This document shows, one piece after another, positions 41,804 to 51,528 of a DNA stretch of 64,000 bases. This DNA comes from Terriglobia bacterium (GTDB lineage Bacteria > Acidobacteriota > Terriglobia > 20CM-2-55-15). How positions within the stretch are numbered: the first letter of the stretch is position 1; the number at the start of each line of letters is the position of its first letter. The DNA is taken from the NCBI GenBank assembly GCA_965198225.1, contig CBDAOY010000009.1, forward strand, positions 1,184,001 through 1,248,000. Direction: 5' to 3'. The position numbers and the translations under genes were made by a program. The notes beneath the pieces were generated by a model. It made no database searches, was not told the origin of the DNA, and saw only the letters and a program-made list of their open reading frames with translations.

Positions 41804-42721
41804 CTATTTCAGGTCTATGACGAGTTCCGGTTCGGAGATCATCACTCGTGTGTGTGGCGGGACTGATCGGGTCAGCCAGACGTTGCCGCCGATGATCGAG
41901 GCTTCTCCGATGACCGTGTCGCCCCCGAGGATCGTCGCACCCGAATAGATCACGACGTCGTCTTCGATCGTCGGATGGCGTTTCTGCCCCCGCACCAGCT
42001 GGCCCTCCTCATCCTTGGCGAAGCTCAGAGCGCCGAGCGTCACTCCCTGGTAGAGTTTGACGCGATCCCCGATGATCGTCGTTTCGCCGATGACGACACC
42101 CGTCCCATGATCGATGAAGAACGCCTTGCCGATGCGGGCTCCGGGATGGATGTCGATTCCCGTCTTCGAGTGAGCGTACTCGGTCATGATCCTCGGCAAC
42201 AGCGGCACGCCGTTCGTATGGAGTTCGTGGGCGATGCGGTAGACGCTGATCGTGTAGATCGCCGGGTAGGCGAAGATCACTTCATCGGTGCCCTTGGCCG
42301 CTGGATCCCCCTCATATGCCGACTGCACATCCTCGGACAGCTGACTCCGCAGGTCGGGCATTCGACGGAGCAGCGCCAGGGACTGGTCCTCGGCGATCTC
42401 GTAGCAGTGTGCGCAGATCGTTTCGCAAAGGTCGCAGTCGGGCCGCACGCTGCGGTAGATCTCCTCCGTGAGTCGCGTGTAGATCGAGTCCATGAGGTCG
42501 CCGACGTGGTACTCGACGTTGGATTCCTCCAGATGCTTGCTGCCGAAGTATCCGGGATAAATCACTTCGAGGATGTCGTCGAGGATCTGGATGACCGAAG
42601 CTTTGTCCGGGAGGGGGGTGACTTCCAGGTGCTGGAGTTTTGGCTCCAGCTTCCCGTAGGTCCGGAGCACGTCACGGGTGATGTCGCGGATTTCGTCCCG
42701 CTTCTTGAGGTGTTCGCGCAC
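41804..42721 (-). CDS. cysE: Serine O-acetyltransferase
   Basis: [40 protein letters not shown] and KRHPT motifs. Confidence 0.93.
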   Translation of the reverse strand: MREHLKKRDEIRDITRDVLRTYGKLEPKLQHLEVTPLPDKASVIQILDDILEVIYPGYFGSKHLEESNVEYHVGDLMDSIYTRLTEEIYRSVRPDCDLCETICAHCYEIAEDQSLALLRRMPDLRSQLSEDVQSAYEGDPAAKGTDEVIFAYPAIYTISVYRIAHELHTNGVPLLPRIMTEYAHSKTGIDIHPGARIGKAFFIDHGTGVVIGETTIIGDRVKLYQGVTLGALSFAKDEEGQLVRGQKRHPTIEDDVVIYSGATILGGDTVIGEASIIGGNVWLTRSVPPHTRVMISEPELVIDLK

Positions 42722-42742
42722 TGGGTGGCTTTCTTCGGGCTG

Positions 42743-44041
42743 CTAAGCCTCCCAGGTTTGGAGCGTGTGCTTGATGTCGGCCATGAACTGATCGGCGACC
42801 GCCCCGTCGATCACACGGTGGTCGAACGAAAGGGACAGGTACACCATCGGGCGTATCGCGATCGCGTCGTCGATGACGACCGGCCGCTTTTCGATGCCGC
42901 CCATACCCAGAATAGCAACCTGCGGCTGGTTGATGATCGGGGTTCCGAACAGGCCGCCGAAGTTGCCCGGGTTCGTGATCGTGAACGTCCCGCCCTGAAC
43001 CTCATCCGCCGAGAGTTTCTTCGTACGGGCTCTCTCGCCGAGATCGTTCAAGGCCCGCGCCAGTCCGAGCAGGTTCTTCTCGTCGGCGTTCTTGATGACC
43101 GGCACGATCAGTCCCCACTCCAGCGCGACGGCGATTCCGATATTGACGTCCTTCTTGTAGACGATCGAATCTCCGTCGATGGACGAGTTGACGATCGGGA
43201 ACTTCTGAATCGCCCGTACCGCGGCCTGGAGGAAGAACGGCGTTACGGTCAGCTTCGTTCCGGCACGCTCGAACTCGGCCTTCAGCCGGGCCCTGGCAGC
43301 CATGATCGCCGAACAGTCGATCTCGAACAGCGTCGCGACGTGCGCGGACGTGCGGCGGCTCATGACCATGTGTTCGGCGATGGATTTGCGCATCGCCGTC
43401 ATCGGCACCCGTTCGACCGGACCCTTGAACGTTGGGGCGGGAGTAGCCGGTGCGTGTGGGGCGGCAGCGGGTCGGGACGCCGCAGGCGCCGCCGCTGGGC
43501 TGCCCTGCTCGATGAAGCTCAGGATGTCGCGTTTCGTGATTCGTCCGCCGACGCCCGTTCCCTTGTCACGGAGAAGCGTGAGATCAATCCCGTTTTCTCG
43601 GGCGATCCGGCGCACCAATGGTGACGAACGGATGCCGCTTGCCCTGACCGCAGCGCCATCCCCAGCCGCCGCGGGCGCAGCAGCAACGTCCCCAGCCGCC
43701 GCGGCGACGGCCTCCACCGGCGGGGCCGGTTCTTCAACTGCCGGCACCCCTCCGTCACCGGATGTCTCGGCTTCCTGCTCGGGAGCCTCCACCACTGTGC
43801 CTGCTTCGGCGATCAAAGCCACCACGGTGTTGATCTCCACGGTCTGTCCTTCCTCGACGAGGATGTCCTTCAGGACACCGGCCGCGGGAGCGGGGATTTC
43901 CGAATCGACTTTGTCGGTCGAGATTTCGAAAAGGGGCTCGTCCCGCTCGATGGCTTCCCCTTTGTCCTTCAGCCACCGTGTGATGGTGCCTTCAAAAATG
44001 CTTTCGCCCATCTGGGGCATGATCACTTTGGTGTCGGGCAT
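42743..44041 (-). CDS. 2-oxoacid dehydrogenase E2 (dihydrolipoamide acyltransferase)
   Basis: Lipoyl STDKVDSE, PSBD SSPLVRRIARE and catalytic DHRVIDG motifs. Confidence 0.95.
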   Translation of the reverse strand: MPDTKVIMPQMGESIFEGTITRWLKDKGEAIERDEPLFEISTDKVDSEIPAPAAGVLKDILVEEGQTVEINTVVALIAEAGTVVEAPEQEAETSGDGGVPAVEEPAPPVEAVAAAAGDVAAAPAAAGDGAAVRASGIRSSPLVRRIARENGIDLTLLRDKGTGVGGRITKRDILSFIEQGSPAAAPAASRPAAAPHAPATPAPTFKGPVERVPMTAMRKSIAEHMVMSRRTSAHVATLFEIDCSAIMAARARLKAEFERAGTKLTVTPFFLQAAVRAIQKFPIVNSSIDGDSIVYKKDVNIGIAVALEWGLIVPVIKNADEKNLLGLARALNDLGERARTKKLSADEVQGGTFTITNPGNFGGLFGTPIINQPQVAILGMGGIEKRPVVIDDAIAIRPMVYLSLSFDHRVIDGAVADQFMADIKHTLQTWEA

Positions 44042-44063
44042 GGAATCGAAGTCCTCGATTCGG

Positions 44064-45038
44064 TCAAAAGGCGTTCAGATTTCTTGCCACGTCGATCACG
44101 TCGGACACCTTAGGGAGGAAGAATTCCTCCAGCGGCGGGCTGTAGGGGACCGGTGTGTCCGGCGCCGTGATCCGTCGTATCGGCCCGTCCAGGTATTCGA
44201 ACGCCTCTTCCGAGATCGTTGCCGCCAATTCGCCTGCGAAGCCCCCCGTGCGGGTGTCCTCGTGCAGGAGGATCACTTTATTGGTTTTCTTCACTGACTC
44301 CAGAACAGCGTCCTTGTCGTAGGGCAGCAGCGTTCTCATGTCGACGACTTCGAGATCGATGCCTTCCTTCTCGAGTTCTTTCGCCGCATCGAGGGCCAGA
44401 AACACCATCGCTCCGTAAGTGATCACGGAAATGTCGCTGCCGCTTCTGCGGACGGCCGCCTTACCGATCGGCACCGTGTAGTCTTCTACCGGCAGCTCTT
44501 CCTTGATGCGGCGGTAGAGGAACTTGTGCTCGAAATAGATGACGGGGTCGGGGTCCCGGATAGCCGCCTTGATCAGACCTTTTGCATCGTACGCCGTCGA
44601 CGGGCAGACCACCTTCAGGCCTGGCGTATGGACGTAGTACATCTCGGGATTCTGGGAGTGGAACGGGCCACCGTGGACGCCCCCGCCGCTCGGGCCACGC
44701 ACGACGATCGGGATACCGGCGCCCCAGCGGTACCGGCACTTGGCGGCGAAGTTCGTGATCTGATCGAAAGCGCAGGATATGAAATCCGCGAACTGCATTT
44801 CGGCAATCGGCCGCATTCCCATCATCGCCGCGCCGATCGCGGTCCCCACGATGGCGGATTCCGAGATCGGGGTGTCGATCACGCGCCCTTCCCCGAATTC
44901 CTCCAGCATTCCCGCCGTCACCTTGAAGGCGCCGCCGTAGATGCCGACGTCCTCACCCAGGATGAACACGCGATCATCGCTGGCCATCTCTTCCCAGATC
45001 CCCTGTTTGATCGCTTCGACGTAGGTTGTCAGTGCCAT
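44064..45038 (-). CDS. 2-oxoacid dehydrogenase E1 beta subunit
   Basis: GEDVG..GG.F, DTPISE, EMQFADF and HSQ motifs. Confidence 0.95.
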   Translation of the reverse strand: MALTTYVEAIKQGIWEEMASDDRVFILGEDVGIYGGAFKVTAGMLEEFGEGRVIDTPISESAIVGTAIGAAMMGMRPIAEMQFADFISCAFDQITNFAAKCRYRWGAGIPIVVRGPSGGGVHGGPFHSQNPEMYYVHTPGLKVVCPSTAYDAKGLIKAAIRDPDPVIYFEHKFLYRRIKEELPVEDYTVPIGKAAVRRSGSDISVITYGAMVFLALDAAKELEKEGIDLEVVDMRTLLPYDKDAVLESVKKTNKVILLHEDTRTGGFAGELAATISEEAFEYLDGPIRRITAPDTPVPYSPPLEEFFLPKVSDVIDVARNLNAF

Positions 45039-45101
45039 AACACTCGATTCTCGTGTCGGTCCAGGTTGCGACTTCCGGGAAAGCCCGACGACGGGGGCCT
45101 C

Positions 45102-46121
45102 TCAGCCCTCGTAGTAGACGTCTGTGAGGCAGTCTTCAGGGTCGGGGAACGGATCGTTCTCGGCGATCGCGACGCCCTCGTCTACTTCAGCCACGACGCG
45201 CTTCGTGAGTTCATCGATTTCGGCGTCCGTGATGAGTCCCTGTTCAAGCAGGGAGGCCTGCAGTCGCTTGATCGGATCGCGCTTTTCCCAGAATTCGAAG
45301 AGTTCGGGCGGCACGTATCCCGCGTCGTCATGCGCCGAATGGCCGGTCATCCGGAAGGTCTTGCATTCGATCAGGCTGGGGCCGCCGCCGCTCCGTGCCT
45401 TCTCGATAGCTCTCGCAGCGACTTCCCACACTGCGGTGACGTCGTTGCCGTCCACGATCTCTCCCGACATGCCGTAGGCTTCGGCGCGATCGGCGATGTT
45501 TTCGACTGCCATCTGGCGTTCGAGTGGCGTGGAATAGGCATACTGGTTGTTGTTGCAGATGAATACAACCGGGCATTTCAGGACTGCCGCCATATTCATG
45601 CCTTCGTGCCAGTCGCCACGGCTGGTGGCGCCGTCCCCGAAATAACAAATCGAGACGTTCTTCTCGCCCCGCATCTTCATCTTCAGGCCGATTCCAGTCG
45701 CGACCGGGACGTTGTCCCCCAGCATACTGACGAAGGCGACCAGGTTGTACTTCAGCGACCCCATATGCATGTTGCCGTCCTTCCCGCGGGTCGGACCGGT
45801 CTTTCGGCCCATATATTGAGCCAGAATCTCCCGCGGCGGCATCCCCCGGATGAGGAACGCTCCCATGTCCCTGTGGGACACGCAGATGACGTCATCCGGC
45901 TCCGAAAGGATACAGGAGCCCACGGCGATCGCTTCCTGTCCTCGGCCGACGTAGACTCCGCCGACGATCTTCCCCTGGCGGTAGAGTTTCCGCTCGAGAC
46001 GGTCCTCGAGCTCCCGCGTCAGCTTCATGTAATAGAGAAGATCCCGGAGGGTCTGGGGATCGGGCAGCGGCGAGGGAGACGAAACCTGCTCTGTCGAGGC
46101 CTGAGATTTCATCGTTTTCAC
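45102..46121 (-). CDS. 2-oxoacid dehydrogenase E1 alpha subunit
   Basis: GQEA, TPP-binding GDGATS...NN and R..GHS.HD motifs. Confidence 0.95.
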   Translation of the reverse strand: MKTMKSQASTEQVSSPSPLPDPQTLRDLLYYMKLTRELEDRLERKLYRQGKIVGGVYVGRGQEAIAVGSCILSEPDDVICVSHRDMGAFLIRGMPPREILAQYMGRKTGPTRGKDGNMHMGSLKYNLVAFVSMLGDNVPVATGIGLKMKMRGEKNVSICYFGDGATSRGDWHEGMNMAAVLKCPVVFICNNNQYAYSTPLERQMAVENIADRAEAYGMSGEIVDGNDVTAVWEVAARAIEKARSGGGPSLIECKTFRMTGHSAHDDAGYVPPELFEFWEKRDPIKRLQASLLEQGLITDAEIDELTKRVVAEVDEGVAIAENDPFPDPEDCLTDVYYEG

Positions 46122-46311
46122 AGTACTACCCGTGCTTCGAACAAAAATCGGCTTGAATTCAACACCCTGTCAGTAAAGGCCAAAGATAGCGCAAAGAGGG
46201 GCTCTTTTCAAGGGTGGCTGAGGGTCTTAAAGGTTGACAAATCCAAATGTTTCAACCCTGTGCGCACGGCAGGGCGGGTGTGGCGCCGTCACTGCGTCGC
46301 ACGTCGCGGAG

Positions 46312-46770
46312 CTAGCGTCGGGGCGTCCGTCCGCCGTATCTTTCCAGCAACTCCAGGTCGAAGCCGGAATGGTCGGGGTGTCGCCCGAACCCCCGGTAGA
46401 TGGCGTGGCAGACGTAACAGACGGTCACCTCGGGGACCATCAGGTAGACCGCGCCGTCAATGACAGCCATACCGACCAAGGCCAGCATCGCAAGGAAAGG
46501 CTCGTTTCTGGCGAAGAAGGCGAGGCTCACCAGGACCCCGATCACCACGATCGTCAGGCCGAGCGCCCTGTTGAAGTCTTTTTGAATGTATAGGTTACTG
46601 TGCCCACACGCGGTGCAGGTGTCGACCGGGCCCCCACGGAGCGTCTGCTCGCTCGGAGCGAGCCGGGTGTCGGCGCCACAATCGGTGCAGGTCATCCCCC
46701 GTGCCGTCTCCGGCGTTGTCTCGAGCTGGATTTCGCATTCAGGGCATTTAAAATGTATAATTTGGCCCAT
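46312..46770 (-). CDS. Zn-ribbon membrane protein (four CxxC motifs, two TM helices)
   Basis: CPEC, CTDC, CTAC, YIQKDFN, two hydrophobic helices, CYVC; RBS AAAGGTGA. Confidence 0.75.
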   Translation of the reverse strand: MGQIIHFKCPECEIQLETTPETARGMTCTDCGADTRLAPSEQTLRGGPVDTCTACGHSNLYIQKDFNRALGLTIVVIGVLVSLAFFARNEPFLAMLALVGMAVIDGAVYLMVPEVTVCYVCHAIYRGFGRHPDHSGFDLELLERYGGRTPRR

Positions 46771-47317
46771 GAGATTCACCTTTGGAGCGTTGATTATAAC
46801 GCTGGTTGCGGCGGGTACCGTCCAGGCCCAATCTCTCGCCGACATCGCCCGGGCGGAAAGAGCCCGTCGGGTCGATGCGGCGCCCGGGAGACTCATCAAC
46901 AACGAGAACATCTCGGTTAGTCTCTCCACCCTGGCCCTGGCTCCGCCCCCTGTCGAGCGCGACCAACAGGGACCCGGCGCCGACGAGGTGTCACAGGAGT
47001 CCTCGGAAGAGGTTCGAGAAGAGGCTCGGGATGAGGTGGTCGCCAGCGAAGAAGAGTGGGCCGAATGGGAAGCGGTCGTTGCCGAACAGAGATCCGTGGT
47101 CCAGAGCCTGGAGGATCGAGAGTTGCGCCAGCAACTCGAGATGAACCGGATTCGAAATCTCTTCACCGCACCCGTGACGACCCAGGCTGAACGAGCCCAG
47201 GCCCAGGCGGGGCTCGATCAGGCACAAGCCCAGCTCGACTCCATTCGGATGGAGCTAGAGGAAGCCCGAACGGCCTTGGAAGAAATCCTGGCGCAGGAGC
47301 CCGGGGGGATTCAGTAG
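46769..47317 (+). CDS. Exported coiled-coil hypothetical protein
   Basis: Signal peptide ending VQA-QSLADIARAER; Glu/Gln-rich helical C-terminus. Confidence 0.75.
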   Translation: MRFTFGALIITLVAAGTVQAQSLADIARAERARRVDAAPGRLINNENISVSLSTLALAPPPVERDQQGPGADEVSQESSEEVREEARDEVVASEEEWAEWEAVVAEQRSVVQSLEDRELRQQLEMNRIRNLFTAPVTTQAERAQAQAGLDQAQAQLDSIRMELEEARTALEEILAQEPGGIQ

Positions 47318-47393
47318 TCAGTAGCCAGTAGTCGGTAGTCAGTTGTGGAGGGGGCCAGGCTACTGCCAACTCACAACTGACCACTTCTTCAGG

Positions 47394-47467
47394 GGTGAGC
47401 GACGGGAATTGAACCCGCGACCACTGGAGCCACAATCCAGCGCTCTACCGACTGAGCTACGCTCACC
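47394..47467 (-). tRNA. tRNA-His(GTG) with encoded G-1, CCA not complete
   Basis: GGTGAGCG...CTGGA-TT-GTG-GC-TCCAG...GGTTCAATTCC...CGCTCAC-C. Confidence 0.96.
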
Positions 47468-47542
47468 AGATCGCCCGTGTTGAACCGGGCAACAAGTGAG
47501 TATACCGCACATGGAATCGCGGGACCCGTGGTCCAGGAGCCG

Positions 47543-47881
47543 TTACGGAGTGATCGCGGGTTCGAATCGGCGATCGGCGATCCAGGCCCGGAAGTCCGGT
47601 TTAGTGTCCTCCAGGATGTCGAGCACTGCCCGACGGTCGCCCGCGGAAAGGTGGTCGAATTCCGGAGAATTGTCCCTGCCGCTCAGGATTTCCAACAGCC
47701 GGCTGTAGGCGTGCTCCCTGGCCAGATCCGGCATTCCGTCGAACGACTTCGAGTAGATCAAGTAGCTCAGAGGGTCGATGGGGTCATGCAGCATTTCGGG
47801 GTCGAAATCCTGCGCGGCCGCGGGTTGCTGCATCATGCCGATTCCAACGATCGCGGCGGCCAGCAGTGTGGCGGCAGACAT
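47543..47881 (-). CDS. Small exported hypothetical protein
   Basis: Signal peptide followed by SYLIYSKSFD...LLEILSG...HLS..DRRAVLDILEDTKP. Confidence 0.6.
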   Translation of the reverse strand: MSAATLLAAAIVGIGMMQQPAAAQDFDPEMLHDPIDPLSYLIYSKSFDGMPDLAREHAYSRLLEILSGRDNSPEFDHLSAGDRRAVLDILEDTKPDFRAWIADRRFEPAITP

Positions 47882-48091
47882 GCTCCGTACATACTTCCGA
47901 CCTCGGCGGCCCGGCGGTTCTTGCCAACGCATTGTATAAGTTCTCCGGATTAGAAGCCGCGCTGCGTACCTCTATTACAGGCGACCAGCAGGGGATTCGC
48001 GCCGGTCACGGCTCTTCTTGAAGTTTACAAGAGCCCCGACCTCGGAGATGTGACGCGCGTCACCAGAAGGATGCGTTCAGATCACTCGAGC

Positions 48092-48124
48092 AAAGAAAAG
48101 GCCCGCCGTGGTAGACGGCGGGCC
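48092..48124 (-). terminator. Rho-independent terminator of the oxidoreductase operon
   Basis: GGCCCGCCGT-ctacc-ACGGCGGGCC followed by TTTTCTTT on the minus strand. Confidence 0.85.
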
Positions 48125-48155
48125 CGGAACTGTATCGGCCAGAAAGAATGGCGCT

Positions 48156-49205
48156 CTACATCAGCGATTCCATGATTTCCTGCAGCGCTTCGGGTCCAGG
48201 CTGCGTTTCCTCCTGGGTGAGGGTTGCGAGCGGACGGTCGACCATGTTCAACTGCGTCACGAAATCGTCTCCCCCTTCGTTGATGAAAACCAGGCCGGTC
48301 AGCAACTCCTGGCGAGTGGCCGCCTCGGCCAGCGTCTTCAAAGCTCCGATCTTGTCGGTCGGGCTGTATCCCTGGTGCAGCTTGCGCATCCTGAGGTGGG
48401 AACCATCATGTAATTCGACGTCGATGGATTCGCCCTCTCCATAATCCACGTCAATCTGCTCGAAAAACGGCACGAACGAAAGCTCGTGAAGGGCCTCGTC
48501 GTGTGCCTTCGCGAACGGGTAGCTCTTCGTCGAGCCTTCGTGGTTGTTGAACGTCACGCAGGGGCTCACGATATCGAGCAGCGCCGTGCCCCGGTGGCCG
48601 ATTGCGCCCTTGATCAGGCTGATGAGCTGCTTCGGATCACCTGCGAAAGAACGCGCGACGTAGTTGCAGCCCAATTCGACCGCCATCGCGCAGATGTCGA
48701 TGGCCGGCAGATTGTTCAGATCTCCGGCTTTGGATCTGGACCCGTAGTCGGCCGTCGCCGAAAACTGCCCCTTCGTCAGACCGTATACGCCGTTGTTCTC
48801 CACGATGTAGATCATCGGAACGTTCCGCCGGAGGAGATGACAGAACTGCCCAAGCCCGATCGAGGCGCTGTCGCCGTCCCCGCTGACTCCGATGCCCACC
48901 AGCTGTCTGTTCCCGAGAACCGCACCGGTTCCGACCGCCGGCATCCGGCCGTGAACCGCATTCAAGCCGTGAGATTGGTTCAGAAAATAGGCCGGCGTCT
49001 TGCTCGAGCAACCGATGCCGCTGAGTTTCGCCAGCCGGTGCGGCTCCACGCCGTATTCCCAGAATGCCCGGATGATCTGGCTCGTGATCGCATCATGTCC
49101 GCACCCTGCACAAAGGGTGGAATCGCCTCCCTTGTAGTCGGCGACGGGCAGGCCGATCCGGTTGACCTTGCCTCCTCCAGCAGGGGGTTTGACGGTGGTC
49201 GACAT
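48156..49205 (-). CDS. korB: 2-oxoacid:ferredoxin oxidoreductase beta subunit
   Basis: LCAGCGH, SGIGCSSK, HGR, GDGD, NNGVYGLTKGQ and SPCVTFN motifs. Confidence 0.93.
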   Translation of the reverse strand: MSTTVKPPAGGGKVNRIGLPVADYKGGDSTLCAGCGHDAITSQIIRAFWEYGVEPHRLAKLSGIGCSSKTPAYFLNQSHGLNAVHGRMPAVGTGAVLGNRQLVGIGVSGDGDSASIGLGQFCHLLRRNVPMIYIVENNGVYGLTKGQFSATADYGSRSKAGDLNNLPAIDICAMAVELGCNYVARSFAGDPKQLISLIKGAIGHRGTALLDIVSPCVTFNNHEGSTKSYPFAKAHDEALHELSFVPFFEQIDVDYGEGESIDVELHDGSHLRMRKLHQGYSPTDKIGALKTLAEAATRQELLTGLVFINEGGDDFVTQLNMVDRPLATLTQEETQPGPEALQEIMESLM

Positions 49206-49207
49206 GA

Positions 49208-51061
49208 CTAATTACCTTCTCCTTTCTCGGCACCGACGACTTCGTCCGTGATGAATCGGGCATCCATCGGAATTCCGGTGTAGTGCAGCAAGCTCCGGAG
49301 CTTGGCGATTCTGTCGGGCGAGAGCTCCATCTTCATCAAACCCGCCATCTGAGCGTCCCGGTTTTGTTCGATGACGTAGACCCGGTCGCAGCGGTCGATG
49401 AATTCGACGAGGCTCTCACCGAACGGGATGGCCCGCAGCCTGAAATAATTGGTCTTCAGGTCGTACTCAGTCTCCAACTCATGACGGCTCTCGGCAACCG
49501 CGACGTCCGTTGTCCCGAAGGCGAGCAGTCCGACCTGAGCCCCATCGACATAGTCGATCCGCGGTGCCGGTACACGCGTTCGAGCCGTCTCGTATTTGCG
49601 CGTCAGCCGATCCATGTTGTTCTTGTAGTCGTCGGCGCGCTCGCTGTATGCCGCCCGCTCATCATGGCCGCTGCCACGCGTGAAGTAGGCGCCCAGGATA
49701 TGGTCGGTACCGGGCAGGGTACGGTAAGGGATCGCATCCCCGTCGACGTCGAGATAACGTTGGAAGTCTCCGATGCGGTCGAGGTCTTCGGCGCTCAGTA
49801 CCTTGCCGCGATCGAGCTTACGCGTCGGGTACTCGAACTGGTCCGACATCCAGTTGTTCATGCCCAGGTCCAGATCAGTCATCACGAATACCGGAGTCTG
49901 GAGACGTTCGGCGAGATCGAAAGCGTCCATCGACATGGTGAAGCATTCTTCGATGTTGCTCGGTATGAGCACGACGTGTTTCGTGTCGCCATGCGACAGG
50001 AAGGTCAGCGACAGGATGTCGGACTGCTGGGTCCGGGTCGGCAGACCGGTGCTGGGCCCGACGCGCACCACGTCGAAGATCACGACAGGTACTTCAGCGT
50101 AGTAGGCAAAGCCGGTGAACTCGGCCATCAGCGAGATGCCCGGCCCGGAAGTCGAAGTCATCGACCTGGCCCCCGCCCAACCGGCACCGATGGCCATCCC
50201 GACGGCCGCCAGCTCGTCTTCGGCCTGCACGATCGCATACGTCGCCTTCCCGTCTTCCTCGTGCCGGTATTTCTCCATGTAGTCGCCCAGCGACTCGCAG
50301 AGAGACGACGACGGTGTGATGGGATACCAGGTCGCGACGGTGACACCCGCGAACATCGCACCGAGTGCGCAGGCCGAGTTGCCGTCGATGATGATCTTTC
50401 CGGCGGTCTTGTCGGACCTTTCGCAGCAGAAAGGGTCCTGTTTCTCGAGATTCTCGCGGGCGTAGCGCATGCCGACGTCAATAGCCTGCATGTTCAACTC
50501 GATTGCTTTCGTCTTCCCTTTGAACTGCTTCCCTATCGCTCTTTCGATTTCCCCCAAATCGATCTGAAGCAACTCACCGACGACGCCGACGTAGAGCATG
50601 TTCGCCAGCAGTTTGCGGAGGCGAGAATCCTTGGCGAGGTCAGTCGCCAGCTTCGCGAACGGTACGGGATAGAAGACAAGATCGTCGCGCAGGGATGACA
50701 GATTCAGCTTCTCTTCGTACACCACGACCCGTCCCGGTTCCAGATCCTTGACGTCCTCTTCGGCTGTCTGGGGATTCATGGCGACTAGAAAATCGAGTTT
50801 CTTGCGGCGTGCCGTCCAACCGTCCTTGTTTGCCCGGATTGTGAACCAGGTCGGAAGACCTGCAATGTTGGAGGGAAATAAGTTCTTACCGCTGACAGGG
50901 ATCCCCATCTGGAAGATCGATCGCATCAGGACCGAGTTGGCCGACTGACTGCCCGAGCCGTTTACAGTCGCCACCTGAATGCTGAAATCGTTTAGGACAG
51001 GGCCCCCTCCTTCTCCGTTCTCGTCGTCAACAACCGCTGCCTGAGGGGCTTGCTGTGACAC
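49208..51061 (-). CDS. korA: 2-oxoacid:ferredoxin oxidoreductase alpha subunit
   Basis: NGSGSQS, YPITPSS, QAEDELAA, TSGPG and GPSTGLPT motifs; GTG start after AAAGGAG. Confidence 0.93.
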   Translation of the reverse strand: MSQQAPQAAVVDDENGEGGGPVLNDFSIQVATVNGSGSQSANSVLMRSIFQMGIPVSGKNLFPSNIAGLPTWFTIRANKDGWTARRKKLDFLVAMNPQTAEEDVKDLEPGRVVVYEEKLNLSSLRDDLVFYPVPFAKLATDLAKDSRLRKLLANMLYVGVVGELLQIDLGEIERAIGKQFKGKTKAIELNMQAIDVGMRYARENLEKQDPFCCERSDKTAGKIIIDGNSACALGAMFAGVTVATWYPITPSSSLCESLGDYMEKYRHEEDGKATYAIVQAEDELAAVGMAIGAGWAGARSMTSTSGPGISLMAEFTGFAYYAEVPVVIFDVVRVGPSTGLPTRTQQSDILSLTFLSHGDTKHVVLIPSNIEECFTMSMDAFDLAERLQTPVFVMTDLDLGMNNWMSDQFEYPTRKLDRGKVLSAEDLDRIGDFQRYLDVDGDAIPYRTLPGTDHILGAYFTRGSGHDERAAYSERADDYKNNMDRLTRKYETARTRVPAPRIDYVDGAQVGLLAFGTTDVAVAESRHELETEYDLKTNYFRLRAIPFGESLVEFIDRCDRVYVIEQNRDAQMAGLMKMELSPDRIAKLRSLLHYTGIPMDARFITDEVVGAEKGEGN

Positions 51062-51292
51062 GTGTTCTCCTTTCCCGCGCCTGGAGTCGTGACCTGGGTT
51101 AGGGGAACTCTTCGGCACCCCACCCAAACAGCTAACTATAACATGAAATACCTGCGTGTACAGGACGTTGGTTTAGGCGTTTAGGACCTTTTAAGGTCCC
51201 TGAATCAGGGGCTTTGGGCCGTTTTCGAAGTCGCCTTCGATCGGTGGGAAGCAGCGGCCGGAACTGCGGCTGGAATGTCCCGGCGTCCTCAA

Positions 51293-51366
<74 letters not shown>

Positions 51367-51458
51367 AAATACTTCGCACATCTCAGGACACAAGTATATC
51401 GCCTTTCTATTCTTCCTCTCTGGCCGCCGTTCGGGTCCTGTTCTGGCTGGACCACTGG

Positions 51459-51487
51459 TGAAACTTTCCGTGAGGTTTTGCGTCTAA
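51459..51487 (+). promoter_or_regulatory. Putative ECF-sigma promoter
   Basis: TGAAAC-N16-CGTCTAA upstream of an exported protein. Confidence 0.5.
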
Positions 51488-51528
51488 GCGCTCATGGTCT
51501 TTGCCTATCAATTCCTCGGGAGGGGGCG

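Noticed and set aside
41975-46463. Long plus-strand ORFs (549 aa and 645 aa)
   Set aside because: Antisense shadows of cysE, E2 and E1 genes
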